The notes: generated by a model from the letters alone, not told the origin. 63,528 nt of DNA, filler included, from Folioceros fuciformis (GCA_049999805.1; 8 parts of 8 records of this genome joined end to end with filler, not necessarily neighbours in it); one strand, 5' to 3'. Positions 1 through 10,918 are shown, counted from the whole stretch's first letter. Made by a program: numbers and translations.

Positions 1-6
1 CAAACT

Positions 7-2835
7 GTGCATACTGACCTCTGTGGCCCTATGTCCACACGCTCACTTGGTGGTGCCCTGTACTTTATGCACCTTATTGATGACTGGAGTCGGTTTACAG
101 TCACTTATTTTTTAAAGCATAAAAATGAAGCATTCTCTTGCTTCCTTCTGTACCTGGCCTATGCTCAACGCTTCACAGGTCAGAAACTTAAATGCCTCAG
201 AAGTGACAATGGTGGTGAGTTTACCTCCGGCGAATTCATGGAGTTCTGCTCACGGGAGGGCATTCAACGGCAACTTACCGTTCCCTATGAACATGAGCAA
301 AACCCCCTGCCAGAAAATATGAACAAAATCACCCAGGCAGCTGCTAAGGCCATGCTTCACCTTGCCAAGCTTCCTCGCAGCTTTTGGGCCGAGGCAGTTG
401 CAACAGCTGTGTATGTCCAGAACAGGCTGCCCACTCGAGCTTTCCCTGACGCCACTCCCTTCGAAAGGTGGACTGGTGTCAAGCCTCGTGTGGATCACCT
501 TCGGATATGGGGCTGCCCTGCGTATGCACATACACCGGATGAGATCCGACGCAAAATGGACTTCAAAGCCACAAAATATCTATTCATTGGGTATACTGAT
601 GGCATCAAGGGTTACAAACTTTATGATCCATCACAGCGACGCTTCTTACATGCAAGAAACGTCATCTTCGACGAGCAGTTTCTTTTGCAAGCTTCAGGAA
701 AGAATCGTGACGTACCAGGTTTACAACGCCTCACGTCTTCGGAACCTGAGGCAACTGAACTGCCTCTAACTGAACAAGACCAGCCTCTGGTTATCCCTCA
801 AACTGTACCAGCTGTACCAGCTGTACCAGATCAACCAGCAGATGTCTTTCCAGATGACGAGCCTGACCTCACTATTGATGACTCCAATTCTGAGTCTACT
901 CAGCACTCAGAAGATGATCAGCAGGAGGATTATGATAACATGGACGATGATACTCCACCATCTCCTCCCATGGCTGAGGATGAGGTCGAGGCCCATGATG
1001 AAGAACCGGTGAATGAGCCACCGGCTCTTAGAAGGTCGTCTAGGACACACACAACGGACCCAAGTCAGTGGGTCAATAAGCCGTTAAGTTATGAACTGGA
1101 CGAGGCCTACAAACAACAGAATTCCAACCTCACTACTGGTGATAACTCATCTCAGGAGAATACCTCACCTCATGCCTTTGCTGCTCAGGTTTTGCTTGCA
1201 GCACAAGACCTTGGAGAGCCAGCCACACTGAAGGAAGCGCTTTCCTCCCCTGAAGGCAAACTCTGGCAAGCAGGAGTAGACTCAGAGTACCAGTCCCTCA
1301 TTGACAATCAAACTTGGGAACTAGTAGACCTGCCTCAAGGACGCAAGGCATTGACTGGCAAATGGGTATTCAAGAAAAAGTTGAACCCGAATGGATCTGT
1401 GGCCAGATACAAGGCAAGATATGTTGTGCATGGATACAANNNNNNNNNNNNNNNNNNNNNNNNNNNNNNNNNNNNNNNNNNNNNNNNNNNNNNNNNNNNN
1501 NNNNNNNNNNNNNNNNNNNNNNNNNNNNNNNNNNNNNNNTCCGTGAGGATGCTCTTTGCACTCGCTGCAGAATGTAAGCTTGACATCCAGCAGATGGATG
1601 TCAAAACCGCCTTCCTCCATGGCACAATAGACGAAGAAATCTACATCACACAGCCAGAAGGGTACATTAGTAAGAAGGAACCTCACAAGGTATGCAGATT
1701 AAAGAAAAGCCTGTACGGCTTAAAGCAGGCACCACGAGTGTGGTACAAAAAGATTCACGCTTACCTAATTCAGTCAGGTTTCAGTCAGAGTGATGCAGAT
1801 ACCAATGTCTATATTCTTAGACAAGGGAAGGCATTCGCCATTCTAGCATTATACGTTGATGATGCTCTGTTATTCGCAAACTCCCCTGACATAATGAAGA
1901 AGGTCAAAGCCATCCTTACAGCTGAGTTCTCAATGACAGACTTGGGGCAGCTTACCTTCTTTCTGGGCGTACAAATCTGTATTAGTCCAGATAAGGGAAG
2001 TATCTTTTGCCATCAAGCACATTACATCAGGCAAATGTTAGAAAGGTTTCACATGGTAGACTGTAAACCCGCCATTACTCCTATGGCAGCGGGAGAGAAG
2101 TTCTCCACAGCACAAAGCCCAAAGTCAGATGCCGAGAAGCAAGAGATGGAAAAGAAGCCTTACAGCATGTTAACTGGATGCCTAATATGGATTAGCGGAT
2201 GGACCAGGCCTGATGTGTCCCCTGCTACTCGGGTCTTCTCAAGATTCCTGGCGAACCCTGGCAATGCACATTGGACAGGAGTCAAGAGAGTACTGCGTTA
2301 TCTCAAGGGCACACAATACCTCGGCATCAGATATCAATCACAAGGGAAGTTCCCGTTACTTATCTGTTATTCTGATTCCGATTGGGCCAGTGACGAGGAC
2401 TCCAGGCAGTCCATCACTGCAAATTGCACAATTCTGTCTGGAGGAGCTGTCAGCTGGACATCTAAAAAGCAGACAGTAGTGGCACTCTCGAGCACTGAGG
2501 CAGAATACACTGCTGCCACCTCAGCTGCTCAGGAAACTGTGTACAATAGGCGGTTTATGGCCTCAGTAGGGTTTCCACAACCTGGAGCCACTACCATCTT
2601 CTGCGACAATCAATCTGCTATCGCACTATCCAGAAATCCAGTTCACCACTCCAGAACGAGACATATCGCTGTAAAGCAGCACTATATCAGAGAAACCGTG
2701 GAGTCAGGTGAGATAGACCTGGTTTATGTGCCTACAGACCAAAACCTAGCTGACCTCTTTACGAAGGCGCTGCCAAAGGAGCGCCATACTGCACACTGTG
2801 AAGGCTTGGGCCTTGCCGTCAAGGCAAACCCTTGA
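7..2835 (+). CDS. Copia pol polyprotein, partial: integrase, reverse transcriptase, RNase H
   Basis: HTDLCGP and RSDNGGEF (integrase); QMDVKTAFLHG, SLYGLKQAPRVW and YVDD (RT); YSDSDWA, CDNQSAI and ADLFTK (RNase H). No stops; spans one 100-N gap. Confidence 0.95.
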   Translation: MHTDLCGPMSTRSLGGALYFMHLIDDWSRFTVTYFLKHKNEAFSCFLLYLAYAQRFTGQKLKCLRSDNGGEFTSGEFMEFCSREGIQRQLTVPYEHEQNPLPENMNKITQAAAKAMLHLAKLPRSFWAEAVATAVYVQNRLPTRAFPDATPFERWTGVKPRVDHLRIWGCPAYAHTPDEIRRKMDFKATKYLFIGYTDGIKGYKLYDPSQRRFLHARNVIFDEQFLLQASGKNRDVPGLQRLTSSEPEATELPLTEQDQPLVIPQTVPAVPAVPDQPADVFPDDEPDLTIDDSNSESTQHSEDDQQEDYDNMDDDTPPSPPMAEDEVEAHDEEPVNEPPALRRSSRTHTTDPSQWVNKPLSYELDEAYKQQNSNLTTGDNSSQENTSPHAFAAQVLLAAQDLGEPATLKEALSSPEGKLWQAGVDSEYQSLIDNQTWELVDLPQGRKALTGKWVFKKKLNPNGSVARYKARYVVHGYXXXXXXXXXXXXXXXXXXXXXXXXXXXXXXXXXXSVRMLFALAAECKLDIQQMDVKTAFLHGTIDEEIYITQPEGYISKKEPHKVCRLKKSLYGLKQAPRVWYKKIHAYLIQSGFSQSDADTNVYILRQGKAFAILALYVDDALLFANSPDIMKKVKAILTAEFSMTDLGQLTFFLGVQICISPDKGSIFCHQAHYIRQMLERFHMVDCKPAITPMAAGEKFSTAQSPKSDAEKQEMEKKPYSMLTGCLIWISGWTRPDVSPATRVFSRFLANPGNAHWTGVKRVLRYLKGTQYLGIRYQSQGKFPLLICYSDSDWASDEDSRQSITANCTILSGGAVSWTSKKQTVVALSSTEAEYTAATSAAQETVYNRRFMASVGFPQPGATTIFCDNQSAIALSRNPVHHSRTRHIAVKQHYIRETVESGEIDLVYVPTDQNLADLFTKALPKERHTAHCEGLGLAVKANP

Positions 2836-2923
2836 CCTCCACACAATTACATTTGCACGCACTCACTCACAAGGCTAGCGCTTGTCACAAACAGTGGGGG
2901 CGGATGAGCGCACAGTAGGATAG

Positions 2924-3340
2924 CTATTCTTGCTCTCCTCTGTGTGCTACAGGCAAGAACAACTCTGCACCTGCCATCTCCGCCGCCACTTCAGGGCTTC
3001 TCCAAGAAGGAGCGTACCTGAAGACAAGGTTGCCTTCCGCGTCACAGCATGCAGAATTTAAAATCATGGCAAGACCTGGACATGGCGAAAGCTTGCGGAA
3101 GTCCTCCTCGTCAGAAGTAGGAGACAACCCCTTGAGCTGCCGAAGCCGAGCATGCAACACTCTCATTCTCTGGCGCAGCCGTCCTTCCCTGCTGAGCTCA
3201 GGTTTGCCAGCCATCTGAAGCCTCGAACTCCTCCCGGAAAATCTTCTCTGCTCCCAGGTGGCCACACAGACCATCAGCGCAAGCAAGATCAGAAGAACAA
3301 AGCTGCCGTCCAGGTGCGAGATCCCGCCAACACTCAGCAT
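2924..3340 (-). CDS. Antisense accessory ORF of copia family A (138 aa): N-terminal hydrophobic helix, then a basic amphipathic segment
   Basis: ATG-to-TAG ORF conserved in copy 2, with synonymous and conservative substitutions. Confidence 0.65.
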   Translation of the reverse strand: MLSVGGISHLDGSFVLLILLALMVCVATWEQRRFSGRSSRLQMAGKPELSREGRLRQRMRVLHARLRQLKGLSPTSDEEDFRKLSPCPGLAMILNSACCDAEGNLVFRYAPSWRSPEVAAEMAGAELFLPVAHRGEQE

Positions 3341-3447
3341 AGCTACAATTCGATCTGCAGACGAAGAGTATGCGCAAGTCGAGAGCTGGCAGGATTACGG
3401 CGCAAGCGAAGCAATTCACGACGACGGGATTACAGTCTAAGTGGGGG

Positions 3448-3688
3448 TAGCGAGAAACGGTGCCCTAACTAGCCCGTATCCCGCCGTCCTAGATAGGTTT
3501 AGGTCATTAATAAATAGCCATATATATACTTAAATATATTAAGTGCACGAACAGGTGCACCGAAGCGTCAACGGTTAACCGCCATGCCGTTTCACTTGAC
3601 ACGGCCACATAAGGGCCTCACACGCACATTCATTTTTAATCTGAACACAAGCTTTCTCTCTACGCTGCGTGCTATCGATCCTACGCTA
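3448..3688 (+). repeat. 3' LTR of family A copy 1 (~241 bp), non-canonical TAGCG...CGCTA termini
   Basis: Starts directly after the PPT. 5-bp terminal inverted repeat. Aligns to 19341-19590. Confidence 0.8.
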
Positions 3689-3735
3689 GAGGGTATTAGG
3701 GCTTGCTCTCGATGGTACCTCAAACCAAGGCCCGC

Positions 3736-3835
3736 NNNNNNNNNNNNNNNNNNNNNNNNNNNNNNNNNNNNNNNNNNNNTTAATTAATTAANNNNNNNNN
3801 NNNNNNNNNNNNNNNNNNNNNNNNNNNNNNNNNNN
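3736..3835. other. Artificial scaffold linker; also at 9657-9756, 17110-17209, 22835-22934, 26624-26723, 32776-32875, 42780-42879
   Basis: Identical N-run + TTAATTAATTAA + N-run, 100 nt, seven times. TTAATTAATTAA gives stops in all six frames. Confidence 0.97.
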
Positions 3836-4811
3836 GTGTTCTTCCACCGCTGATCATGCCGATACGTGTATAATTATATTAGGGGATAGCCTAGAGGAGG
3901 AGTCCTTGGAGGACGAGGCTGTCAAGAAAAGACTAAAGAAGAAGGAGCAAGAGGTGGATGGCAGCGCCAGCAGCAGGACTGCAGATTGGGGAGGAAATCA
4001 AGACAGGGCAGGAGGGGAACGGGGCAAGAAATCAGCGGGAAGGAGAAGAAGGCAGGCCTGGCCCTGCATCGGCCAAATCCTACAGCTCGTCTCAGCCTCC
4101 TCTCCTGCACACATTCGATCCCATCACCCGTCGATCCCTCCTCCTGCCTGCAAGAAGAATAGGCACAAAAAGATGGGAAGGGAGATGAAAGGGAAGGGGA
4201 AGAAGAAGAAGAGGGGGCAAGAAGGGAATGGAGGAGGAAGNNNNNNNNNNNNNNNNNNNNNNNNNNNNNNNNNNNNNNNNNNNNNNNNNNNNNNNNNNNN
4301 NNNNNNNNNNNNNNNNNNNNNNNNNNNNNNNNNNNNNNNNTCTAGCTAGGGCATGGCCTCCATGGCCGTTCATGCCAGCCAAGCAATTAGCCAGCCTATC
4401 GTCAGACCTTGACCCCTGACACTGACGTACCTAGATACCCATTCCTATGTTCAAACCATTATTTTATTATTTTTATCATTTAATATTATTATATTATTAT
4501 ATTATTTAATACTATATATCTTTAATTAATAATAAACTAATCACCAGACCTTGACTCAAACTTTCCCAACCCTATGGCCTGGTACCGAACCTAAACCTTC
4601 CCAGGTCTGGGACCAAACCTATACCCACTCGTATAACCAAACCAACTATTTCCTAGTCAATTAACCTAATTAGCACAAAGAAAAATAGGAAAAATAACCA
4701 GAAAATAAAGGAAAATTAGGGAAAATAAGTTGAAAAAGAAAACCAAACCATACCACTATTAACCCTTTTTCAACCAAAACAAACTCCTACCCCAAACTTT
4801 GGAGGTTCACA
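3836..4811. mobile_element. Fragment of an LTR-type repeat ending ...GGTTCACA
   Basis: 4393-4640 recurs inverted at 9427-9656. The same GGTTCACA terminus is at 14139-14146. Abuts an interrupted copia LTR. Confidence 0.5.
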
Positions 4812-4999
4812 GAGCTCAAGGGGGTATTTATACCCTCTAGAAGAGCTTCCTAGGAAGCTTCACAAGAAGCGCACAGGAAGCTGCGCAAGAAGCTTCTTAC
4901 AGATTAGCTTAAGCTAATCTAAACTAATGGTACTTAACTAGACACTAATCTTAGACTAAACACATTAGTCTAAGTACATTGGGCTTTATTAACCCTACA
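4812..4999 (-). repeat. Partial LTR (starts TGTAGGG) of the copia family at 32876-33637, inserted into the integrase of element B
   Basis: Reverse complement matches 33402-33637. It truncates ORF 4995-5804. Confidence 0.85.
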
Positions 5000-7900
5000 A
5001 CAGCATGCTTCTAACCATGCCCATGAACATTTGATTTTTCCTCTCTGCAACCCTGTTCTGTTGTTGTGTGTAGGGTACAGAAAGCTGTCTTGTTATGCCA
5101 TATTCCTCAAAGAGTTCATCAAACTGTCGATTTGTGAACTCTCTGCCATTATCAGTTTGAAAACATTTCACCAATTTACTCGTTTGCCTTTGAACCATCA
5201 TGATCCAGGTGGAGATGGTTTCAAATACATCACTCTTCAATCTGAGGGGAAAGGTCCATGTGTAGCGTGAAAATTCATCCGTCAGCGTTAAGTAATATTC
5301 AGCACCTCCAAGAGACTTGACAAGTAACTTTCCATCTATGTCTGCATGCACCAGCTCCAATACTTGCTTTGCTCGTGTAGCTTGTTTATTTTTAAATGGA
5401 AGTTCTTTCTGCTTGGACAGAATACAAGAACTACAAGGTGCACGTTGTTCAAAGCATGGTGGCAGACTCTCACGATAGAAGGACGATTTAGACATCAAAT
5501 CCAGTTTGAATCTGTTCACATGACCCAATCTAGCGTGCCACACTTGAGCCTGGACATCCAAAGCTGTAAGTAACGCCCTAAACTTGGACTTTTGAATGGG
5601 CACTAGTTGATATAGATCATTGACGAGGATAGCTTTACCAACATGACTTTCTGGATCAGACAATGAGTAGATGTAACAGGTTTGGTCTTCAAACCTAAAG
5701 CCATACATATGGCTTTCTGTAATGGCTCTAATAGACAGCAAATTCTTACCCATTTCAGGAACATAAAGAATATCCTGAAGATGCAGTGTGGAGCCATCAA
5801 GCAAAGGTATGTCAGCCTCACTAGTTCCTTTACCTCTACACCACGTGAATCTCCTACAAAAACTGACAAAGATGTCTTCTATTTGTGAAAGGTGGTGAAC
5901 ATTTGTTGATTATTGCAAACATGAGTAGTAGCTCCTAAGTCAATATACCAACGCCGAGAGTTCTCGATGGTAAAAGTCAAGCAAACTGTAAGGATTGTAC
6001 TGCTACTTCATGCAGGTTGCTGTTGAGCAGGTGACAATTTATGTTCCTCAGTAGAAACATGAGCCTCAGATCTTGCATCCTTCTTGGGCTCACCAGCCTC
6101 TTTCTTCTAGCAGTCACATTCTTAGTGCCCCGGGATCTGGCACTAGTTACAACTACCTTGGCGATTGGTGGCTGAAGAAGAAGAACCAGGAGGACCAGAT
6201 AAGTTTTGTCCTTTCTTGTTCTTATTATCCTTCCCCTTCCAAAGTCCTTGTCCCTTTGCGGCAAACAGGACTTTCTCACCACGAAGTCTTGAACCTGGAT
6301 GAGCTCGCTCACGACTTTGCTCCTCTTGCAGGAGTGCCCGGATGATTTCATTTAGATTCAGAGTTGAAGGCTGTCCACTCGCTGAAGCCTTATATGCATC
6401 ACGCAGATTGGCATTCTGACTTGAGATAAATGTCTGGAAGGAAGAAGGAAGGCTGGACAGCGGTTGAGCAGTCATCTCCACGTCCATTATCTTGGTACCC
6501 AACACAACAAGTTGTGCTTGCAGGTGCCTCAACTTAGTGATATGTGCTCCAACTAGTTCCCCCTCCTTCAGCCTGAGACTGTGAAAGTCATTCCTGACAT
6601 TAATCAAGGTGTAGATATTTTGAACCTGGTCAATCTCCAAAAGTTGATTCCAAACTACTTCAGCTGACTCCAGGAAATCAGCTTCAGTAATAGTTGTTTC
6701 GTCCAAGCCAGATAGCAAAATTGCAAAGGCAATTTTATTGCCCTTCTTCCATTTTGCTTTCTCATCTGCTGACGGTTGTACTATTGCTGCAGCAGGGACC
6801 AGGAATGGATTGGGAATTGAGCCATCCACATATTCCCAAACGTTTCTAGCGTCCAAGTTTGCCTTCATACGAGCTTTCCAACTCTCAAAGCGAAGTGGCT
6901 TACCATCAAATCGATCTTTTTCCTTGATTTCTCCAGAGTAGAGTGATCCTAGAGATGTAGACTGAGGTACTATACCTGTCGACATAGTAGGAATACTAAG
7001 TGTTGTCAATTGTGCAGGATGTGGTGCAGGAAGGGATGGATTGGAGTAGAGCCACGAAAAGGGAGAGCTCTCAGAGTCATTGTCTAGATCAAACCACGAC
7101 ATAACCAACAGAGTTCCCAGGAAGTGAAACGATACTAGCCCAGACACGAATGGGTAAGTGCTGTTTTAAGTAAATCCTAAGAAAAGTCCTGTGAACTTGA
7201 AACAAGAAAAACCTAACTGAAAATTGACACCGGCTCATTTCAATGTGATAGGATGCCAAGACTACTCAGTGGGTAATAAGAGGGGAGCCAATGCACCTCA
7301 CAAATGAGGATCTTGGAACTGGAATCAAACAACAAACAGGCATGACTTGCTATGAGCCTTATGTCCAGGCACAGGTATCCCTTGAAAACTACCTCGCACC
7401 CTTTCAGATATGAAAGCCGTTAGGGTGTGATTCCACAGTGTTGACACCTTCTCGCGCAGGCACCAAGGATTCAAGGTACAATGCAGCAACTAGTCGAGCT
7501 GTAGAGATTGAAGCAGACGGTTGAAGAACCTTGAGTTGAGTAACTTGATTCGCCAACGCAACAACTTCAGTTTGGAGTATCTCAACAGTAGCAAAAATTT
7601 GGCTTAGCCTTAATTGAAATTGTGAGAATAGCTGAATCACAAGCGTCTCAAGGCCATTAAATCGCTAAGAAAAGTTGACTGAAGAGGAGCGTCCAGATAA
7701 GTTGAGATAACTCTCAAATATCTCATTTTCTTCAGACTTGTCTGCCCACTGATCTCTTATTCTCCTTGATTACAGAGAATTTTGACTATGCCGTTTATTG
7801 AACTCTAGGCGCCTTGCTGCAACGCGACTGGAAAACGAGTAGGGCGAGGCAACAAACTGTCTCCTCCTTCTGTTCAGGCGTGAGCGTCCTTGAATCCATG

Positions 7901-8433
7901 GTTCCGTATCAAAGGAATCGCTTGGCCTGTGTGGGTAGAATCCCCTGCTAGCCCTCGGAGAGAAAAGAGCAATCCTGGAACTACATCTTCTTCCTCTCCC
8001 AGACATTTTTAGAGCAGGGCCTGTCCTGAATAGTATCTATCAAACATCTGAAAAATAGTTAGATAGATCAGACAAACTAGACTAACATGTTTTGTGCAGG
8101 TTGGTGGCATGGAGATGTCAGCAAATCTCAGCCTTCCCATCTTAAGAAGGTCGAGGTTCGCTGACACCTCTAATTCACTAACTGAACATTACACTTAGTG
8201 TCTAGAGAGAGTGCAGCGGAAGTCTCAGAGCACCGATGGCTCTAATACCATGATACTTTCTATAAGTGTGCAGACACTCTAACATCTAAGGACTAGATGC
8301 AAGAAAGCATGTATAGAATAAAAGTATATGTAAATAAGAACATGGTGTTGTTTTTATAGTCAAAGTATTGCTAACCCTATTGCTTAAATAACCGAGTTAG
8401 GTTAACCATAGGTTACTTATGTAACCTCTAACA
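5000..8433 (-). mobile_element. Ty1/copia element B, degenerate 5' half: LTR ~8251-8433, PBS, upstream ORF, gag, protease, integrase
   Basis: Minus-strand PBS TGGTATTAGAGC (tRNA-iMet type) at 8239-8250 next to an LTR TGTTAGAG...GTATCA. Gag 6143-7102 (EKDRFDG, LSSLPSSF). WHARLGH and TDNGREF in 4995-5804. Frameshifts and stops present. Confidence 0.9.
7404..8006 (-). pseudogene. Disrupted extra ORF upstream of gag in element B (Arg/Ser-rich N-terminus, coiled-coil C-terminus)
   Basis: ORFs 7770-8006 and 7404-7640 share a frame and are separated only by one TAA and one TAG. Confidence 0.5.
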
Positions 8434-8589
8434 CATTTTCCCCACGTAGGTACTCTCTCTACGTATGTAGGTAGACATCCTACTACGTAGGTATCTTCTT
8501 ATCCTAACCTACCAGAATAGACTAAAAAACTCCATAAAAACCTTCACCAGCAGCTCACTACCTACCATGGGCACTTGCCCAGAAACCTA

Positions 8590-9420
8590 CCTTCCACATG
8601 CCTCCCTTCGAACTATTTTGAACAAAAAGAAACCAAGTTAGACTTTCCTAGACCGATTACGAAACTTTTCCGTCCGACATCTATCCATATCCTTCTTGAT
8701 CCTCCTTTCATAGCCACGATCCGACTCCTTGTTAGAATACCCATCTGACCCATAGTTGTCAAGTTCCACATCTGACAGGGAAGGAGATGTAGATCTAGAT
8801 GAAGAATTGGGGCTAGAGTGTCTCCTTCCCCCATGCCTCTTAAATTACCACTACCTCCTCCTTCTCTTGTTCATCTCCATCATCTCGTAGTCTTCAGCAG
8901 CTTTGATGGCTCCTTCCAAATTGTCACACCCCTTCGACAATAGGTCTCCATCTTCTCAGGCAAGCCACCAGCAAACCAATCAAAGGCTTGCTCATCCGAA
9001 TATCCAAGTGTACTCTGCCCTCTATGTCCTCCTGACCTTCTAGGGACCCTATCTAAGTAGCTATAGAGCCTCTCTATAAGTGTTGGATACCCACATAGTC
9101 ATCAGCATTATGCTAAGTTTGGAGAGGGAAAGAGAGGAGAAGATGCAAAGGCTTTTATTAGGACTTTTGAACACGTATCTAATGCTAACCTTGAGGGGAC
9201 AAAAACTGATAGGCTAAGGCTATTCCCAAGGCTATTGAGGGGACAAGCCCAACAATTGTACAGTAAGACGTATAGTAGTACCACACTGTTGAGTTGGGGG
9301 AGCCTTAAGTCTGAAATCTTACCAGGTTTAGAGGGTTGAGTCTTGGTCATCATACGTACCTTTGCTAGATTAAGGACTCTAAGGAGAGGTAGGAAAGAGG
9401 ATCTATATTATCTATTATCT
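8590..9420. pseudogene. Degenerate gypsy-type gag remnants
   Basis: Plus strand ~9110-9420 reads EDAKAFIRTFE..DRLRLFPRLLRGQAQQLY. Minus strand below ~9105 reads DEQAFDWFAGGLPEKM. Confidence 0.45.
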
Positions 9421-10354
9421 ATTAGCTTGGTTATAAGAGTGGGTATAGGTTTGGTCCCAGACCTGGGAAGGTTTAGGTTCGGTACCAGGCCATAGGGTTG
9501 GGTGATTAGTTTAATATTAATTAAAGATATATAATATTAAATGATTAAATAATAATATAATAATATTAAATAATAAAAATAATATAATAATGGTTTGAAC
9601 ATAGGAACGGGTATCTGGGTATGTCAGTGTCAGGGGTCAGGGTCTGACGATAGGCTNNNNNNNNNNNNNNNNNNNNNNNNNNNNNNNNNNNNNNNNNNNN
9701 TTAATTAATTAANNNNNNNNNNNNNNNNNNNNNNNNNNNNNNNNNNNNNNNNNNNNCTCCCAGCTTTAGATCCCCCCTCCATCCTGCTAGTCAAGATCCA
9801 TGTCCCGGCAAAACCACCATCTAGCGCCCTTGGATATCACCTTGCAAGTTGGAGATGACATCCCACTATTCCTGTCAACATAACCATCACTAGGCTTCCC
9901 ACCCACTAGCAGCACACCTATGCTAGTCTTTCAGCCTACAAGCAACCAGGCTTGCTACTAATGGATGGAAAGTCGAGTGCCGCTTATGTCCTATATCCGG
10001 ATGGGGTGGTATCCCTCAATTTCGTCCGCACGATTTCTCTTGGCAGCCTTCACCTCCGACCCCTGTCCAGGCCACTGTTACCCCCTTGCTCGAAACCAGA
10101 CCCAATCCGGAGCCAGACTCGAGCTGTTTTTATCCCTTCGTCGGAGTTCACTTTTTAGTCTCTCCTCTGCTGCCTGTTGCAATAGCCTCCCTCTCTCGTT
10201 AGCTTTCCATTGCTCCTTAATAATTTCCTCCTGTCGATAGTCTATGATTTTGGCCTACATCAACTTCCTTGCATGAGCATCTTCCAGTCCAGGCACATAC
10301 TCTCCCCTTAACTTCTGCAGAGATCTCTATCAACGCATGGATAATTGTCTCAGC

Positions 10355-10612
10355 TTGCTTTGTACAGCTACCTTTCCCTCGTGTGTTCATTTTGCTTTGT
10401 GCAGCTACCTTTCTCTCATGTGTTCATTTTGCTTTGTGCAACTACCTTTCCCTCATGTGTTCATTTTGCTTTGTGCAACTACCTTTCCCTCATGTGTTCA
10501 TTTTGCTTTGTGCAGCTACCTTTCCCTCATGTGTTCATTTTGCTTTGTGCAGCTACCTTTCCCTCATGTGCTCATTTTGCTTTGTGCAGCTACCTTTCCC
10601 TCATGTGCTCAT
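10355..10612 (+). repeat. 37-bp minisatellite, ~7 copies (GCTTTGTGCAGCTACCTTTCCCTCATGTGTTCATTTT)
   Basis: Direct tandem copies visible. Confidence 0.95.
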
Positions 10613-10918
10613 TGAAGGAGAAACTCTTCAGAGAGAACCCCTCGCCCACGTTGAAGGAGAAACTAGAACCCCTCGCCCACNNNNNNNNNNAGAACCCCTC
10701 GCCCACGTTGAAGGAGAAACTAGAACCCCTCGCCCACGTTGAAGGAGAAACTAGAACCCCTCGCCCACGTTGAAGGAGAAACTAGAACCCCTCGCCCACG
10801 TTGAAGGAGAAACTCTTCAGAGAGAACCCCTCGCCCGGGTTGAAGGAGAAACTCTTCAGAGAGAACCCCTCGCCCAGGTTGAAGGAGAAACTCTTCAGAG
10901 AGAACCCCTCGCCCACGT
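10612..10918 (+). repeat. 31/39-bp minisatellite, ~9 copies (TTGAAGGAGAAACT[CTTCAGAG]AGAACCCCTCGCCCACG)
   Basis: Tandem copies in two length variants; includes a 10-N gap. Confidence 0.9.

Larger units (their letters stand above)
1..3688 (+). mobile_element. Ty1/copia LTR retrotransposon family A, copy 1 (5'-truncated by window): INT-RT-RH, 3' antisense ORF, PPT, 3' LTR
   Basis: Copia domain order. PPT AAGTGGGGG at 3439-3447. Homology with copy 2 (19341-22460) ends at about 3688. Confidence 0.95.

Noticed and set aside
2826-2920. A-AAC-CCT before the pol stop as a -1 frameshift site into a sense env-like ORF (open as 19810-20121 in copy 2)
   Set aside because: CCC is a poor slippery core, and copy 1 has two stops in that frame. 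Substitutions are more conservative in the antisense frame.
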